NCBI RefSeq assembly: GCF_004010195.1
Contig: NC_057750.1
Span: 13,102,049-13,136,486 of the forward strand
DNA from: Chiloscyllium plagiosum
Lineage: Eukaryota
Length of the DNA: 34,438 nt
Reading direction: 5' to 3'
Shown: one piece after another, positions 33,368 to 34,438 of the stretch
Layout of the letters: every line of letters starts with the position of its first letter
How positions within the stretch are numbered: position 1 is the stretch's first letter
Made by a program: the position numbers and the translations under genes
Notes under the pieces: model-generated
The model's input: the letters and a program-made list of their open reading frames with translations, nothing else
The model's database searches: none
What the model was told of the DNA's origin: nothing

Positions 33368-34438
33368 GAATTGGAATGGATGGGTTAGAGAGCATGGGAA
33401 TGGGTGCGTTCTGGAGCATGGGAATGGGTGGGTTAGGGAGCATGGGAATGGGTGGGTTAGAGAGCATGGGAATGGGTGGGTTATGTAGCATGGGAATGGG
33501 TGGGATAGGGAGCATGGGAATGGGTGATATATGGAGCATGGGAATGGGTGAGTTAGGGAGCAAGGGAATTGATGGGTTAGAGAGCATGGGAAAGGGTGGG
33601 TTAGAGAGCATGGGAATGGGTGGGTTAGAGAGCAAGGCAATGGGTGGGTTAGGGAGCATGGGAATGGGTGGGTTATGGAGAATGGGAATGGGTGGGTGAG
33701 AGAGCATGGGAATGGATGGGCGAGAGAGCATGGGAAAGGGTGGGTTAGAGAGCATGGGAATGGGTGGGTTAGAGAGCATGGGAATGGGTGGGTTAGAGAG
33801 CATGGGAATGGGTGGGTTAGAGAGCATGGGAATGGGTGGGTTAGAGAGCATGGGAATGGGTGGGTTAGAGAGCATGGGAATGGGTGGGTTAGAGAGCATG
33901 GGAATGGGTGGGTTAGAGAGCATGGGAATGGGTGGGTTAGAGAGCATGGGAATGGGTGGGTTAGAGAGCATGGGAATGGGTGGGTTAGAGAGCATGGGAA
34001 TGGGTGGGTTAGAGAGCATGGGAATGGGTGGGTTAGAGAGCATGGGAATGGGTGGGTTAGAGAGCATGGGAATGGGTGGGTTAGAGAGCATGGGAATGGG
34101 TGGGTTAGAGAGCATGGGAATGGGTGGGTTAGAGAGCATGGGAATGGGTGGGTTAGAGAGCATGGGAATGGGTGGGTTAGAGAGCATGGGAATGGGTGGG
34201 TTAGAGAGCATGGGAATGGGTGGGTTAGAGAGCATGGGAATGGGTGGGTTAGAGAGCATGGGAATGGGTGGGTTAGAGAGCATGGGAATGGGTGGGTTAG
34301 AGAGCATGGGAATGGGTGGGTTAGAGAGCATGGGAATGGGTGGGTTAGAGAGCATGGGAATGGGTGGGTTAGGGAGCATGGGAATGTGTGAGTTAGGGAG
34401 CATGGGAATGGGTGGGTTAGGGAGCATGGGAATGGGTG
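33368..34438 (+). repeat. 24-bp G-rich minisatellite (GAGAGCATGGGAATGGGTGGGTTA)n, running off the window
   Basis: Directly visible. Degenerate at left and near-perfect from about 33750. Confidence 0.98.

Noticed and set aside
33190..34427. Long ORFs of octapeptide repeats (MLSNPPIP, REHGNGWV, LESMGMGG)
   Set aside because: By-product of a 24-bp stop-free minisatellite that is open in several frames on both strands; no gene structure.
33368..34438. CRISPR-like regular repeat
   Set aside because: No unique spacers, no cas genes, vertebrate context.

Overview
Eukaryotic genomic DNA, almost certainly from a shark or ray. This is inferred from abundant HE1-type V-SINEs and CR1-like LINEs. The window has three N-gaps (1728-2700, 11576-12075, 30476-31335). 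The one host gene is a minus-strand Meis-family TALE homeobox gene, most likely meis3. Its first five coding exons have canonical GT-AG junctions and splice in frame: 22812-22823, 21444-21661, 18011-18152, 16254-16304 and 15835-15885. They encode MAQR...MEIS/HM domain...LELEK. Exon 6 and the homeodomain were not found in the window. About 15.7-24.6 kb around the 5' end is free of recognisable transposons, while the flanks are dense with repeats: HE1 SINEs, other tRNA-derived SINEs, CR1 LINEs, a second CR1/L2-superclade LINE, Penelope-like termini with minimal hammerhead-ribozyme motifs, a decayed Gypsy element, a Tx1-like 3' end next to degenerate (CCCTAA)n, a Tigger-like MITE and a 24-bp G-rich minisatellite. 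The best leads are a composite DR1/DR2 nuclear-receptor (retinoic-acid-type) element upstream of the Meis gene, several hammerhead-bearing retroelement families, the Tx1/telomere-like junction and local templated duplications. I see no firm evidence for a wholly new biological system. All repeat family names and boundaries come from reading by eye and need RepeatMasker/Dfam confirmation.
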